Counted from the first letter of the stretch, positions 39,171 through 51,090 are shown. The stretch is 64,000 nt of DNA from Malacoraja senta (GCA_038087875.1 CM075987.1:14694001-14758000); one strand, 5' to 3'. Notes: generated by a model not told the origin, from the sequence alone. Translations and numbers: made by a program.

Positions 39171-39561
39171 GTCTAAACTTGACAACTTCCTGTTTGCACT
39201 ATATTGATTTGAGATAAAACGCTACCACTTACGACTGTGATTATTGGCCATCTTACTCAGTCCTCCTCCGCTCATCAGGTGCAGAGGATTCTTCCCATTA
39301 ATGAAAAACAAGTGTGTTATTAGTGTTTAAAAAATGTTGAGAATCTCTCTCCTGTCAATCACGCCATGAAGGCCACTCCTTTTCCGGTGGGAGGGGGAGG
39401 GATTATAAAACCTGGAAGTGGGTGTGGCTCAGTCACTGCATGATGGGGGAGGGAGAGATCATGGCTCTGTCTGAGCTGTGAATCAACTGAACACACTGAA
39501 TGTCTACTGAACCGTGAGTGTGGTGTTTTGTGTGGTTTTATAGTGGTTTTTATGGTGGTTT

Positions 39562-39915
39562 CACCCTGCTTGAAATAGTATGAAACTGCATTTGAATGTG
39601 GTGGCCTTGCACCCTGCATGAAATGGTGTGAAACTGCATTTGAATGTGGTGTCGTTGCACCCTGCATGAAATGGTATGAAACTGCTTTTGAATTTGGTGG
39701 CCTTGCACCCTCCTTGAAATGGTATGAAACTGCACTTTGAATTTGGTGGCCTTGCACCCTGCTTGAAGTGGTTGGAAACTGCACTTGAATTCGGTGGCCT
39801 TGCACCCTGCTTGAAGTGGTAAGAAACTGAACCTGAATTTGGTGGCCTTGCACCCTGCTTGAAATGGTAGGAAAATGGATTTGAATTTGGTGGCCTTGCA
39901 CTTTGCTTGAAATGG
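39562..39915 (+). repeat. Second 48-bp minisatellite, ~7.5 copies (caccctgcttgaaatggtatgaaactgcatttgaatttggtggccttg)
   Basis: Direct inspection; the ORF track shows a 16-aa periodicity (SSRVQGHQIQVQFLTT). Confidence 0.95.
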
Positions 39916-40190
39916 AAGTTCAAGGAATAGCCGTGAGTCAACTGCCAGTCCACCAGCTGTGAGTGAGCTGCCAGCATATCAGGCTTGAGGGACTGAGCTG
40001 CCCCAAGAATCCATTTGGCATACAATGTCCATACTAGCCTTCGGGAGACCAGTAGTCCCTGCAGCCAACAGCACCCATACCAGCGCTCCAGAAAGCCCCC
40101 CCCCCCACTGGCCACCAATATTGGAATTGGTGGAGAGGTGGAATATTGCGTCGAGGGACCAGCCCTCCCGTGTGAACATGGGACCCAACG

Positions 40191-40323
40191 NNNNNNNNNN
40201 NNNNNNNNNNNNNNNNNNNNNNNNNNNNNNNNNNNNNNNNNNNNNNNNNNNNNNNNNNNNNNNNNNNNNNNNNNNNNNNNNNNNNNNNNNNNNNNNNNNN
40301 NNNNNNNNNNNNNNNNNNNNNNN
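40191..40323. other. Assembly gap (N run)
   Basis: N characters. Confidence 1.
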
Positions 40324-40324
40324 N

Positions 40325-40760
40325 GATTAAAACATAAAGTGCTCATGGAACTCAGCGGGTCAGACACTATCCTGTGGAAGGAATGGACAGACGATGTTTT
40401 GGGTTGGCACCCTTCTTCAGACAAATTATAGTAAGGGGGAGAAAGATGTATAAGGGAGGTGGAGCAGAACTAATCCAGATAAGTGATAGGCGGATAACAG
40501 CAAGAGATAAGCAGGAATCATAGAAGGGGTGTAGTGAGAGGGGGTCTCACAGATCTCCTGGCAGAGAGAGGAGGAGAACTTCTTCAAACAGGACAAACTT
40601 GACAAGATTCACAGTAGAGCAGTAAAGTGGAGCACTAGGATCTGCAGATGCTGAAATCGTGAGTAAAACACAACGTGCTGGAGGTACTCAGTGGGTCAGA
40701 CAGCATCTGTGTAGGATATGAACAGACAATGCTTCACGTCAGGGCCCTTCATCAGTCAGG
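40325..40760 (-). mobile_element. Penelope terminal fragments (two arms in tandem plus purine-rich 3' region)
   Basis: aaagtgctcatggaactcagcgggtcag..acccttcttcagac and ctgcagatgctg..gggcccttcatcagtc. Confidence 0.65.
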
Positions 40761-40919
40761 TGTCATCTGCAGATATTGTTTTTATGTTTGTTTATAAATT
40801 AATAATACATCCAAAAATCGGGAAAATCTGCCAGTCTGGCACCCGAAGTCCCCAGAATGTTGGATTATTGGAATATAATACATAGAAAATGTTAGAAAAA
40901 CTCAACAGGTCATAGAATC

Positions 40920-41225
40920 CTTTTATACCATCTTGTCCATTCCTAATATTTTCTCATGTGCAGCTCATATCCTTTATGCTTTTCTTTTCCCAGTATCTGT
41001 CCAAATGTCTTTTTAATATTATAACTGTTTCTGCCTCCACCACTTCCTCCGGCAACTTGTTCCAGATATTCAACACTCTCTGTGTGGAAAAACCTACCCC
41101 TCAAATCCTCCTGAAATGTCTCTGTTTTCACCTTAAACCTGTGTCCCCAATTGTAAACTGCACTGTACTGCGAAAACTGACTGTCCATCCTATTTTTGTC
41201 CCTCTTCATTTTATGAACAGGTATA
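40920..41225 (-). mobile_element. CR1-like LINE 3' fragment
   Basis: GHRFKVK..EDLRGRFFH.. Confidence 0.75.
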
Positions 41226-41774
41226 AGGTCAGGCTGTATCAGTTGGGAGAGAAGTGGAGTTAATGCTTTGTGTCAAGGAACTTTCATCAGAATTGAGAAG
41301 AATTGGCAATCAAACCTGTTTTAAATAGCACAGCAGCGAGAGTGTTAGAGAGAGCAAGAGTCAAGCGTGTATGATTGTCAAATGTACTGACAATGGAACA
41401 ATGAAATTCTTACTCGCCACAGGTGCATGCAATAGTGCACAGGCTGAGAGGCAGAGAATGGTGGAGACTTGTTGACCAGTTGATCTATCTGGAGGGGACA
41501 GAAATGGAAGGAGATGAATGAAAACAGAAGATTGAGAGAAAGAGGAAAATGTGATAACTGCAAGATATAAAAATCGCCGATTTTGGACCTGAGATAAAGC
41601 AGAGAATGCTAGAAACACTTAGCAGGTATGCAACATCCTGTGGTGGGAGGAAAACTGGATTCACATTGCAGGTTGATGAGCTTAGATCAAACTGATCAGA
41701 CTGGTCACTTGAAATTGTGGAATTAAGTCCCTAAGTGCTTTGATGTGACTTGTTGAAAAGTGAGAAAGCAACGT

Positions 41775-41940
41775 GACTACAGATGTTGGAAATCTGAAAT
41801 AAAAAAGAAAATGCTGGAAATACTCAGCAGGACAGGCAGCATCTCCAGAGAGAGAAAAAGGTTTTCTGAAATGTTAATTCTCAATTTCTCTCTACAAATA
41901 CTACTGACCAGCTGAGTATGTCTAGCATTTTCTGTTTTTA
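41775..41940. mobile_element. Older fold-back PLE-derived element
   Basis: gaaaatgctggaaatactcagcagg..gagagagaaa / tttctctctac..gctgagtatgtctagcattttc. Confidence 0.65.
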
Positions 41941-42064
41941 TGATGACTTGAATATATTGTAGGGAACTTACAAAATCTATCCGCTGGATAGAATTGCAAC
42001 AATACTTCAAATGTTGCATAGAATGATGGAGTTGGGATGTCAAATTACAACGTTATAAAATACT

Positions 42065-42199
42065 GGGTAAACAAGGAACTGCAGATGCTGGTTTACAAAA
42101 AAAAAAGACAAAGTACTGGAGTAACTCATCGGGCCAGGCAGCATCTCGGGAGAACATAGATAGGTAACATTTCAGGTCAAGACCCTTCTTCAGACTGAT
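42065..42199 (-). mobile_element. Single-arm PLE-derived element with 9-bp TSD
   Basis: TAAAATACT at 42056-42064 and 42200-42208; the arm ends at gacccttcttcagactga. Confidence 0.8.
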
Positions 42200-42419
42200 T
42201 AAAATACTTGTAAGAAGGATGTGATTGTCTTGGAATGGGTGTTGAGGAGATTCTCTAGGATGTTGCCTGGATTGGAGGTGATGGATGTGTTGGAGGTAGA
42301 CACTGTCACATTTAACAAGCACCAAGGAGACTACCTGAACTAACAACCCTATCAACCCTATGTACATAATAGGGGTAAATGGGATTAGTGTAGATAAGTA
42401 CAACGGGTTGGATGGACAT

Positions 42420-43550
42420 TGTGGGCCGAGGGGCCTGCGTCTGTGTGGTGTGAATTTGTGTGTGGTTTCCAGAAGTTCGAACCAACTCCAATTCTCCCCA
42501 CGCACACAAGCTGCCCAGCCCTTGTACCTGCGTGAGCGAGCGGTCATCCCGGGCTGTCTCCACCTTTGTGCAATTGGGCAGAGCGACAAGGGCAGAAAGA
42601 GAGAGTGGGGTGCGGGGAACGAGCTGGGTCTGGGGAGCCGCTAGTTTACGCGGGGGTGGGGACGAAGCCCGTTGTGTCTGCACAGACCCCGGCTGCAGCT
42701 TGCGTTAATGAACAGGCTGGCGAACGGCTGTCTGCTCACTCGCTGAAGCTGCAGCCAACGCGTGGTGCCTGAGTGTGTGGGCACCGCGGGCTGCGAGGCT
42801 GCCTGAGCAGATAGCGGCTGCTTTATCCGTTCCCTTGTCTTTTCCTGCCCTTTTCCACTACCCCCCCCCCCCCCTTTCCCCAAGAGAACCCCGAGTGAGA
42901 GCCTCGCTCTTGGCGTCAGGCGGTGCCCGGGGCAGAGGGACTGGGTTGTGGGCTTGCATCTCAGGCAGGGGAATGGTGTTGACTAGAGTTGGTGAGTGAG
43001 TGAGTGGGTGAATCGAGGTGGACTCGCCCATCCTTCCCCCTCTCCCCGCTCCCCACCTCCATCACCAGCTCCCCATCAATTCCCGCTGGGACTTGATTGC
43101 ATTTTCATGAGCTGGGAGGCAGCTCCTGACAGTCATTGGCGAATCGTGGCGGTGCCGCGGATTGTCAGGAGGGTGATGCTCCCATGCCCGGCACCATGCG
43201 CCAGACCACCCCTCATCCAGCATCTGTAGATATCTGTGTGACGGCACCGCGAGATATCAGGCAGTAATTCAAGCCGAGGGTGTGGGAGGAACCCGGGTCG
43301 GTTCTTGTTAAGATCCTGGATTAAACACATCTCTTTGGAGGAAGCGAAAATGACTGACAAGTGCAGTTTGTGGAGCGCGATCTCGGCGGCAGCGTGCTGC
43401 TTCTACCGAGGTTCCTTCATGCAAGTCCAGGTAAGGAGAACATGAAACACAGGCAACAAACACTGTGCAGCTCGCCTGGCTGTGCGCGGTCCCCACATGG
43501 GGAGGGATGCGAGGCGGCAGCAGCAGCAGCAGCATTCTGCAAACCGCTAC
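42420..43550 (+). promoter_or_regulatory. CpG island / internal promoter of the short SH2D3C isoform
   Basis: Abrupt rise in GC and CpG density in non-repetitive sequence, spanning and preceding the 43350 ATG exon. GC-box-like G/C runs. Possible 5'UTR donor TTG|gtgagt at 42991. Confidence 0.75.
43350..43430 (+). CDS. SH2D3C: SH2D3C alternative first coding exon (short isoform), MTDKCSLWSAISAAACCFYRGSFMQVQ, phase 0 out
   Basis: ATG at 43350 (gcgaaaATG, A at -3), 27 codons, donor CAG|gtaagg at 43430, in frame with exon 62369. Near-identical to the recalled mammalian short-isoform N-terminus MTERCSLWSALSAAACCFYRGSFVQVQ. Lies in a CpG island. Too short for the ORF track. Confidence 0.9.
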
Positions 43551-44510
43551 TTTATGAATGAGATTTGCCAGGTAGTAATTGTAAACTGTTCCATCCTGCC
43601 TGCTCGCTTTCTACTGAGGGAAGGTTGGATTCCTTAAGTAATCCCATCGCGTTGGCTTTGTACACTTCTACAGATAGCGTTTGAATCAACAACATTATAT
43701 GTGTATATATTTTATACACAATTAAGAATTACTGTACGGATGGATTACAGTTAAACAAATGGCAGTAAAGGTTGGTTTTATAGAATATTGGACAAGGGTG
43801 ATATACATATAGATATATATATATACAAGCAATTTCTGAAATTACACTTGGACAATCGGAGTGGTCGATGCACGGAGTATCTAGCAGAATCGGAGAGCGG
43901 TGGACCAGGGTCAAACAGTATAGGCAGATACAGACACATAATGCATATTCGGAGGGATAGCCACAAAAGATGCAAGGAGACGGAGATGGGAATGATTCAG
44001 ATCTGGGGAGAAACTAAGACATAACCAAGAAAATGAGACTTGGACGAAGAGGCGCAATGGGCTGTGTATAGGGACTGAGACATAGAGACATGGAGGGAGA
44101 GGTGTGCGCGGACACACAGTGAGACAAAGCTAAAACCCAGACCCTCGGGGAAACACAAAGGCGCATACCTATAGGGTCACAAAAGCACACATACTCATGG
44201 GACAGATACAAGGCGAGTGGCAGTGACTGATCCAGTGTGTGATGGAACTGTTGATCTTCCACGATCAGTCCATGCACTCGATGATGTCATGCGGTGACTC
44301 TGCTTCGTGTCCTCACTGAGTTCTGCTGGAAATTGAAATATGGCCCGTGTCCCATGTTCATGGTATGATAACAATCAGAAATGTTTCAGGTCCCAGCGGT
44401 TTCTTGACACTGGCTAGACCAGGTCGGTCCCTGTGCCGTCATGATTCAAGTCTAGGTTTCATACTCGGTTGACCAACGCATCAATGCACCGTTCATTCAA
44501 TACTGGCCAA

Positions 44511-44960
44511 TAGACAATAGGTGCAGGAGTAGGCCATTCGGCCCTTCGAGCCAGCACCGTCATTCAATGTGACCATGGCTGATCATCCACAATCAGTACC
44601 CCATTCCTGCCTTCTCCCCATATCCCCTGACTCCGCTATCTTTAGGAGCCTATCTAGCTCTCTCGTGAAAGTATCCAAAGAACCGGCCTCCACCGCCCTC
44701 TGAGGCAGAGAATTCCACAGACTCACAACTCTCTGTGTGAAAAAGTGTTTCATCATCTCCGTTCTAAATGCCTTACCCCTTATTCTTAAACTGTGGCCCC
44801 TGGTTCTGGACTCCCCCAACATCGGGAACATGTTTCCTGCCTCTAGCGTGTCGAAACCCTTAATAATCTTATATGTTTCAATGAGAAGCCCTCTCATCCT
44901 TCTAAATTCCAGAGTGTACAAGCCCAGCCGCTCCATTCTCTCAGCATATGACAGTCCCGA
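44511..44960 (-). mobile_element. Young 5'-truncated CR1-clade LINE (ORF2 C-terminus plus 3'UTR)
   Basis: GLSYAERMERLGLYTLEFRRMRG..IETYKI..RTRGHSLRI..FFTQRVVSLWNSLP in an unbroken frame. TGGCCAA at 44504-44510 and 44965-44971 is a possible TSD. Confidence 0.9.
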
Positions 44961-47690
44961 GTTATGGCCAAGGTAGTAATGAATAAATCGGAGGAGTATA
45001 GAACTTCCAGGATTCCACCGCACCCCCCCATCCTTGCCACCCTCTTTCTCCCCTAACCCCCGCCTTAATACAAGTGGAAGTGGCCGAAGGGTCATCGCCC
45101 CACATGAGCCACATTAGTAAATGAGCCGGTTGAGAAACAACTAAACGGGAGGTGGTGGTTACCAAGCAAGAGACCCTCCAGTTGAATCCCCACCCCCTCT
45201 GCGTTGGGCAGCTTTATATCGAAACACAAAGGAAGGAACTCTGCGGACCAGGCAGCATCTGTGGAGGGAATGGATAGACAATGTTTCGGGCCAGGATCCA
45301 CTGAGTTCCTCCAACACTGTGCTTTGCTCAAGATCCCGGAATCTGCAGTTCCTTCTGTCTCTACTTAGATTTCTGGTCCGGCCAAGAACACATTCAGCCA
45401 GATCTGGATAATTGTAGGGATAGTCCATACGGTGACACTCAGAGGATGATCAGCGGTGAGATAAAGCACCAGGGAACCGCGGTCCCTCACTGTGGGAATC
45501 TTTCAACCAGTCCCACGCCCATACTTGGCAGAAGAAACCAGACTTGGAGGAAATAGTTCGGAGCAATTCCAGTAAGCAGCACTTGTCACATCAGGAGAAA
45601 ATGCTGTGACAGTGGGAGCGTAAAAAGCCCGCTCACTGAGAGATGAATATAGGATGCGTGCTTTGGAGATTCTGGCATGTTATTGTAAGGACATGTGTGG
45701 TGTGTGGAAAGTGCGAAGTAGACGGATGCTCAGTCGCTTCCTTGTAATATGACTGAGCTAATGACGGCGTGGGGCCAGCTGGATTAACGTGGGGAATGAA
45801 AACACCGTTCAATAACACATTCCCTTCTCCTTGCGCTAGTATCCAATATTAATATAATGTTTAATCTTCACTTTCGTTTTGTTAAGGATTCTGATGACGA
45901 CTATTGTTCTTCAGCGCCTGACAAATAAGAATTCCCTAAGGTCAGCATTGAGGTGGCCAACAACAAGAAAGTCTGCTCTTTCCTGATAAAGAATGCCTAA
46001 ATCCAGAGTTTGACCCAGTCCATGGGACCGCAGATTTAGAATACTGATCTATGCCCATTTCATTGTCCAGAGCCCTCCACCCCATCCCCATCCCCACCCA
46101 CCAAACCCTGCCTAGGAAATACCTGTTCACAGCGGGATCTGTTCAGTGTAACAATTGCCCTTGGTCAAACATGCTGTGTTAATGCTTATAGGCTATTTCA
46201 TCACAGGATAATCGCAGCTGTGGTCAGAGGTCTTCGTCCCAATTACACTCAGATGCGTTTTCAAGTCTGGATCAGCGGAGACAACAGTCTATCTGCTTCC
46301 CTTCTGCAATCTATCACCAAAATACACACACAGGCACACAACACAGATTAGGAATTGAGCAGTTATATCTGTGTCTCAATGATTCAGCTCCACCAGCAGT
46401 ATATTTATAAATAGGCCCAAGGGGGGGGGGGTTGGGTTGTAAGATGTACTGCAAATTAGGGTATTTGCATTGCAATCTCGTTCTTTCTAAATGTGTTCTT
46501 TATAATTGTAACGTGCACTGCACATTTTTGCTCCAGGAAAACATTATCCGCTTTATTGATCACACATTGAAATGCAGACACTTGGCCACTCACGCGCCAT
46601 TTCAGGCTCCATTAGAAAACCGATCTCATACAGAGAGAAGGTAGAAAAACACAGAGAGAGAGCTGCTGCCGCCTCCGCACCACCACCCACGCTGCCTTTA
46701 ACCGCAACAGCAGTAAGTTCTAAAAAGTTTCCAAAAATTGACCTGTGGAAATGAATTCACATGTAAAGTGAAAATTAAAAAAATTGAATTCTCATGGAAG
46801 TACAGAGAGTGTTTAACGTTTCCAATCCATTTACAATGTGATGGGGCAGCTGATGGATCGGTAATCTCGGCCGGCCATTCCAATACATGGTTCTAAAGCA
46901 CAAGGCAAGGCATGGATGGCTCTTTAAATTAGTTGCCGGAACATCATTTTGTTCCCAATTTTAAATAAGGTGCCGAATACTTGAAGTTAATTCACGTTCA
47001 CTTTCACGAGATGGAGGGTGGCAGAACTAACTGGTGTCCATTTCAATCCTCGGGGAGAAAATAAAGGTGTTCAAATGATAACAGAAACTGCCTCTGAAAA
47101 GATTACGTAACTAAGAAATAACGATGTGCAGTTTCGGTTTAATAGACGAGTCAGGTGCCGGATACAGACCCCATTAAAATAACAGACTATCACCTCTGTT
47201 GAAACAGCGATTGAGAAATGGCACGACGCTCATTTAGCCCCGAATCGCGGCGATGGTTTAGAATCTTCATTGAAACACCCAAAGCAATACAGATCTAAAA
47301 ACACAATCAGCTGTGTGATTGTAGCGGGGAAACGTCATTTTTGTTGTTGCTGCGTGTAATTCCTCCCTTTTTTTTTAGAGAAAGGAGTGGTTGAAATCTA
47401 GCCAGTGATGATCTGGGAACGCGCTGCCGCTGAGACAGCAAACTAACTCAGAGACAAGTTTCGAAAGGGATTGTGACAAATACTCGGGGCGGGAGATAAT
47501 GGCAGAGATATGGATACACAAAAGATTGCCGGGGGTGAGGAGAGGTTGGACGGAATTGGATGGGCCGAACAGTCTCTAGCGAGAGCATGTTTTTTTTTTT
47601 TTAATATATTGGATCCAAAGTCCAATTTAAGACAAAGAATGTGTTAAAATTCTGGTGGTAATCTGTCCTCAGGCCGCGTGCTATTGTCTT

Positions 47691-47851
47691 CTAAAATAGA
47701 CACCAAATGCTGGAGTAACTCTGTGGAACAGGCAGGCAGCATCTCTCTCTGAGACCCAGAGATGCTGCTTGTCCCGCTGAGTTACTCCAGCATTTTGTGT
47801 CTATCTTTGGTGTAAACCAGCATCTGCAGTTCCTTCCTACATATTTCGTCC
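47691..47851. mobile_element. Fold-back PLE-derived element, internally deleted, with 11-bp flanking direct repeat
   Basis: GCTATTGTCTT at 47680-47690 and 47852-47862; inverted arms. Confidence 0.8.
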
Positions 47852-48248
47852 GCTATTGTCTTTTTTGTCCGTAACACAGACACTGTTTAAGCTGTGCGGG
47901 AAAGAAAAGCACGTCGGCTGCGAAAATGACATTGAAGGTCCGAGCAAGCAAGCAGCTGTAATGTGTTATCCCTGCGCCAACGAGAGCTTTTCCTTTGTGG
48001 TGTAGCGGTGACATCATTTCTAGCCAATAGCACCCCTTCCCGATGACATCCACAGCAAAAAAAGAGCCCGCTGACAGAGAGAATCCTTAACCTTTTCAGT
48101 GCCAGAGTTTAACCTCTCCTCCTGTCTCTGAAATATGGTGGCTTCGACTTCCTCACTTCCTATTAAATTTCCAGTGTCTTCTAGTCCAAAGTACCCTTCC
48201 CCACACCTCCCCTTGCCCCCCTGCATGCCTGAAGCCAAATAGATAGTA

Positions 48249-48711
48249 GGTAGACAAAGTGCTGGAGAAACTCAGCGGGTGAGGCAGCATCTATGGAGCG
48301 AAGGAAATAGGCAACGTTTCGGGCCGAAACTCTTCTTCAGATACCGAAGGAAATAGGCAACGTTTCGGGCCGAAACGTTGCCTATTTCCTTCGCTCCATA
48401 GATGCTGTCTCACCCGCTGAGTTCCTCCAGCACTTTTGTCTACCTTCGATTTTCCAGCATCCGCAGTTCCTTCTTAAACGTCAAATACATAGTACCGTAG
48501 GAAGGAATTACAGATGCTGGTTTACACCGAAGATAGACACAGAATTCTGGAGTAGACACAGCGGGTCAGGCAGCATCTCTGGAGAAAAAGGGTCTCTGAA
48601 GTGTCTGAAGAAGGGTCTTGACCCGAAACGTCACCTATTCATTTTCTCCAGATGCTGCCTGACCCTCTGTATTAGATGCTGCCTGACCCTCTGAGTCACT
48701 CCAACATTTTG
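48249..48711. mobile_element. Two adjacent fold-back PLE-derived elements of different subfamilies (48249-48481; 48497-48711) sharing one target site
   Basis: The target sequence appears three times: 48233-48248, 48482-48494 and 48712-48724. Confidence 0.85.
48602..48636 (+). ncRNA. Putative minimal type I hammerhead ribozyme motif (best-preserved sense copy)
   Basis: gt-CTGAAGA (48605-48611), A, GGGT-CTTG-ACCC, GAAA (48625-48628), C-GTC-ac. All core nucleotides are intact, but stem I is only about 2-3 bp. Confidence 0.6.
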
Positions 48712-48782
48712 AGCCAAATAGATAATGCTTGAGAGATATTTGAATGCAGAAGGCACCATTACCGAATCCAATTTATACTTGC

Positions 48783-49155
48783 ACAGGAACAGGCCCTTCA
48801 GCTCAACTTGTTCATGACTATCAAGATGCCACATCCAAACTAGTTTGACATTTTAACTGCATGCGTTTTGGCCCATGTCCCTTTAAACCTTGCCTATTCA
48901 CGTATCTGTCCAAATGTCCTTCAATTGTTGCTCAACTACTCCCTCTGACAGCTTGGTCAATATACTCACCACTCTGTGTTGAAAAAAGTTGCCCCTCAGG
49001 TTCCTATAAATCTTTTCCCTCTCACCTTAAACCTATGATCCCTGGTTCTTGATTCCCCTAACCTTTCTCCTCCCCTCATGATTTTATACACCTCAGCCTC
49101 TAGCACTCCAAGGAATAAAGTCCTAGCCTGCCCACCTCTCCCTGCAGCTCAGGAC
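48783..49155 (-). mobile_element. CR1/HER1-like LINE 3' fragment
   Basis: Tail acaggcccttcagctcaacttg..; aaagttgcccctcagg..tctcaccttaaacctatg. Confidence 0.75.
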
Positions 49156-50499
49156 ATTGCTTAGTGAATAGTCACTGCTACACGGGGTTAACTCGAGTGA
49201 ACTGAAGACTGGCAGTTAATTACTTAACAGTTCCTCTTGGTTTGGTTGAGTTTGTGATTATTACCTTGAAGACAATCCAGCATTTTATCTTCCAGTTTAA
49301 GATGACGTGACTCGTTTCGTGGCTGTTTTTCATGCTGGTGCAGTGGTGTCAGTCTGTGTGCTCCCATTCGCTGCTGAGCTGTGACGTCTGTGCTGAAGGA
49401 TTAATTGCTCCTGCACCAGGGTTGCAGATTTAGGAAGAAATTATTTGCTGTTCATTACTGGCAAATTCAGCGTCCCGTATACTATCAATTTTGTTCATCG
49501 TTTCCTCCACTTTTACAATTTTACAGCTCAATTACTTGAGAATTTGTGATGGGAAGCTGTGTTGATATCAGGCATCCACTACAGATGACGTCTGTGTATT
49601 AGTGAGTGGCTCAGTGGTCTCAGCAGGGACAGTGTGTGTGTGTGTGAGGGGAATCTGCAGACAGTCCCTGCACAGACAGAGGAAAAGGTTATGTTTAAGC
49701 TCAAATACAAGTTGCGCTTGGTTGCAGAGAGCAGTTTGTCCTGTTGCTCATCTCTTCCCCCCCCCCTCCCCCCTCCCCCCCCCCACGTTTTCACCAATGC
49801 ACTCTGGACTTACACAACAGAAGCTCCAATGTGGCCGTTTCTTTGTTGCAAATCCTACAGGGTGTAGCACTTTCATCTAGTTTGTTGATTCTAATCCATT
49901 GCAGAGATTTGAATACATAATATGGACTGATGATGAACAACCTTTCTCAGGGAAGAGGCAGATTTTACTGTGCAAACCGCCTCTGAGGGCCAACCACAAG
50001 AATCTCATTTTGTTTTAATTGTATATAAGTAGACGGATATTTTTAGAAACATTTATACACTAGTGCCATGGCACCATCTCCTCATTGCTCCACTCGCTCC
50101 CACTCTGCTGTTTTCTCTAGTCATTGCTCCTTCATCCCTCAGCCTTGTGTGCTCCGAGACATAAAGTCCAAGCCTACACAACCTCTCCCCAAAGCTCAGG
50201 CTCCACTGGTGAACTGACACTGCTGCAGGGATAAACCGAGAATGAGTTGCAGACTGGAAATTAATTACCTGACAGTTCAGTTTGGTTTGGTTTAAAGCTG
50301 TGGTTGCATTTGTGATTGTTACCTTGGAAACATGTTTTGTCTTCTTGCTGCCCAGTTACTGCCCCTAGCATTCAGGATCTGCATCCAGGGACACGGATCT
50401 GGGCTCAGGAATGCCATAAGGACATAGAATGTGGGAACAATGGACCCATCTAGTGGACAGATTGTGGACTATATGCCATCCATTTTCCCCTATGGATTC

Positions 50500-51090
50500 A
50501 GGTTGACACTTCAGTGCAGTTCTGAGGGTGTGCAGCAGTGTCAGTCCTTTCAGATGGGAAATTAAAACAAGATAGTCATCAAAGACATAATCATCCTTTA
50601 AGAAGATGACCAGGGTAATCCTGAGTGTTTTAGTTTTCAGAGATACAGCGTGGAAACAGTCCCTTTGGATCACCAAGTCCACGCCAACCATCGATCACCC
50701 ATACACTAGTTCTATGTTATCCCACTTTCGCATCCTACACACTGGGGGAAATTTACAGAAGCCAATCAACCCACAAACCTGCACGTCATTGGAATGTGGA
50801 AGAAAACCAGGACACCCAGAGAAAGCCCATGCAGTCACAGGGGGAACTAACAAACTCCACACAGACAGCACCCATAGTCAAGATCGAACTCGGGGTCTCT
50901 GACACTGTGAGGCATCAACTCTATTGCTGCGTACATTCTAGCTAATGTTTGTCTCTTCACCAACATTAATTAAAACAACTGGTTTGTCATTATCACATTC
51001 ACGTTTGTGGCAACATTTGGCAAATTTCCTTCTTTACAATGTAATAATGTGTAGGTTGTAAAATATATTATATGCATCTAAATCTTTCTT
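50500..51090 (+). mobile_element. Ancient Deu-domain SINE (SacSINE1/AmnSINE1-like) interrupted by an antisense V-SINE (about 50628-50931)
   Basis: cagtgcagttctgaggg..ctttcagatggg..ttaaa; resumes at caccaacatt..gtcattatcacatt..tttgtgg..tctttcttt. Confidence 0.6.

Larger units (their letters stand above)
38343..40190 (+). mobile_element. Composite repeat: two homologous ~320-bp modules each followed by a 48-bp tandem array; possible non-autonomous Helitron-like element
   Basis: Modules 38343-38660 and 39178-39520 align along their length. Arrays lie at 38697-39170 and 39562-39915. Both termini are hidden by N gaps, so the class is inferred. Confidence 0.55.

Noticed and set aside
38697-39915. 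CRISPR-like array or repeat-protein ORFs (38649..39011, 39359..39901 and others)
   Set aside because: Units are contiguous with no unique spacers and there are no cas genes in this vertebrate DNA. The ORFs arise from the 48-bp period and are broken by indels.
42053-43250. Cluster of overlapping ORFs on both strands
   Set aside because: Explained by stop-codon scarcity in the GC-rich CpG island; no recognisable domains.
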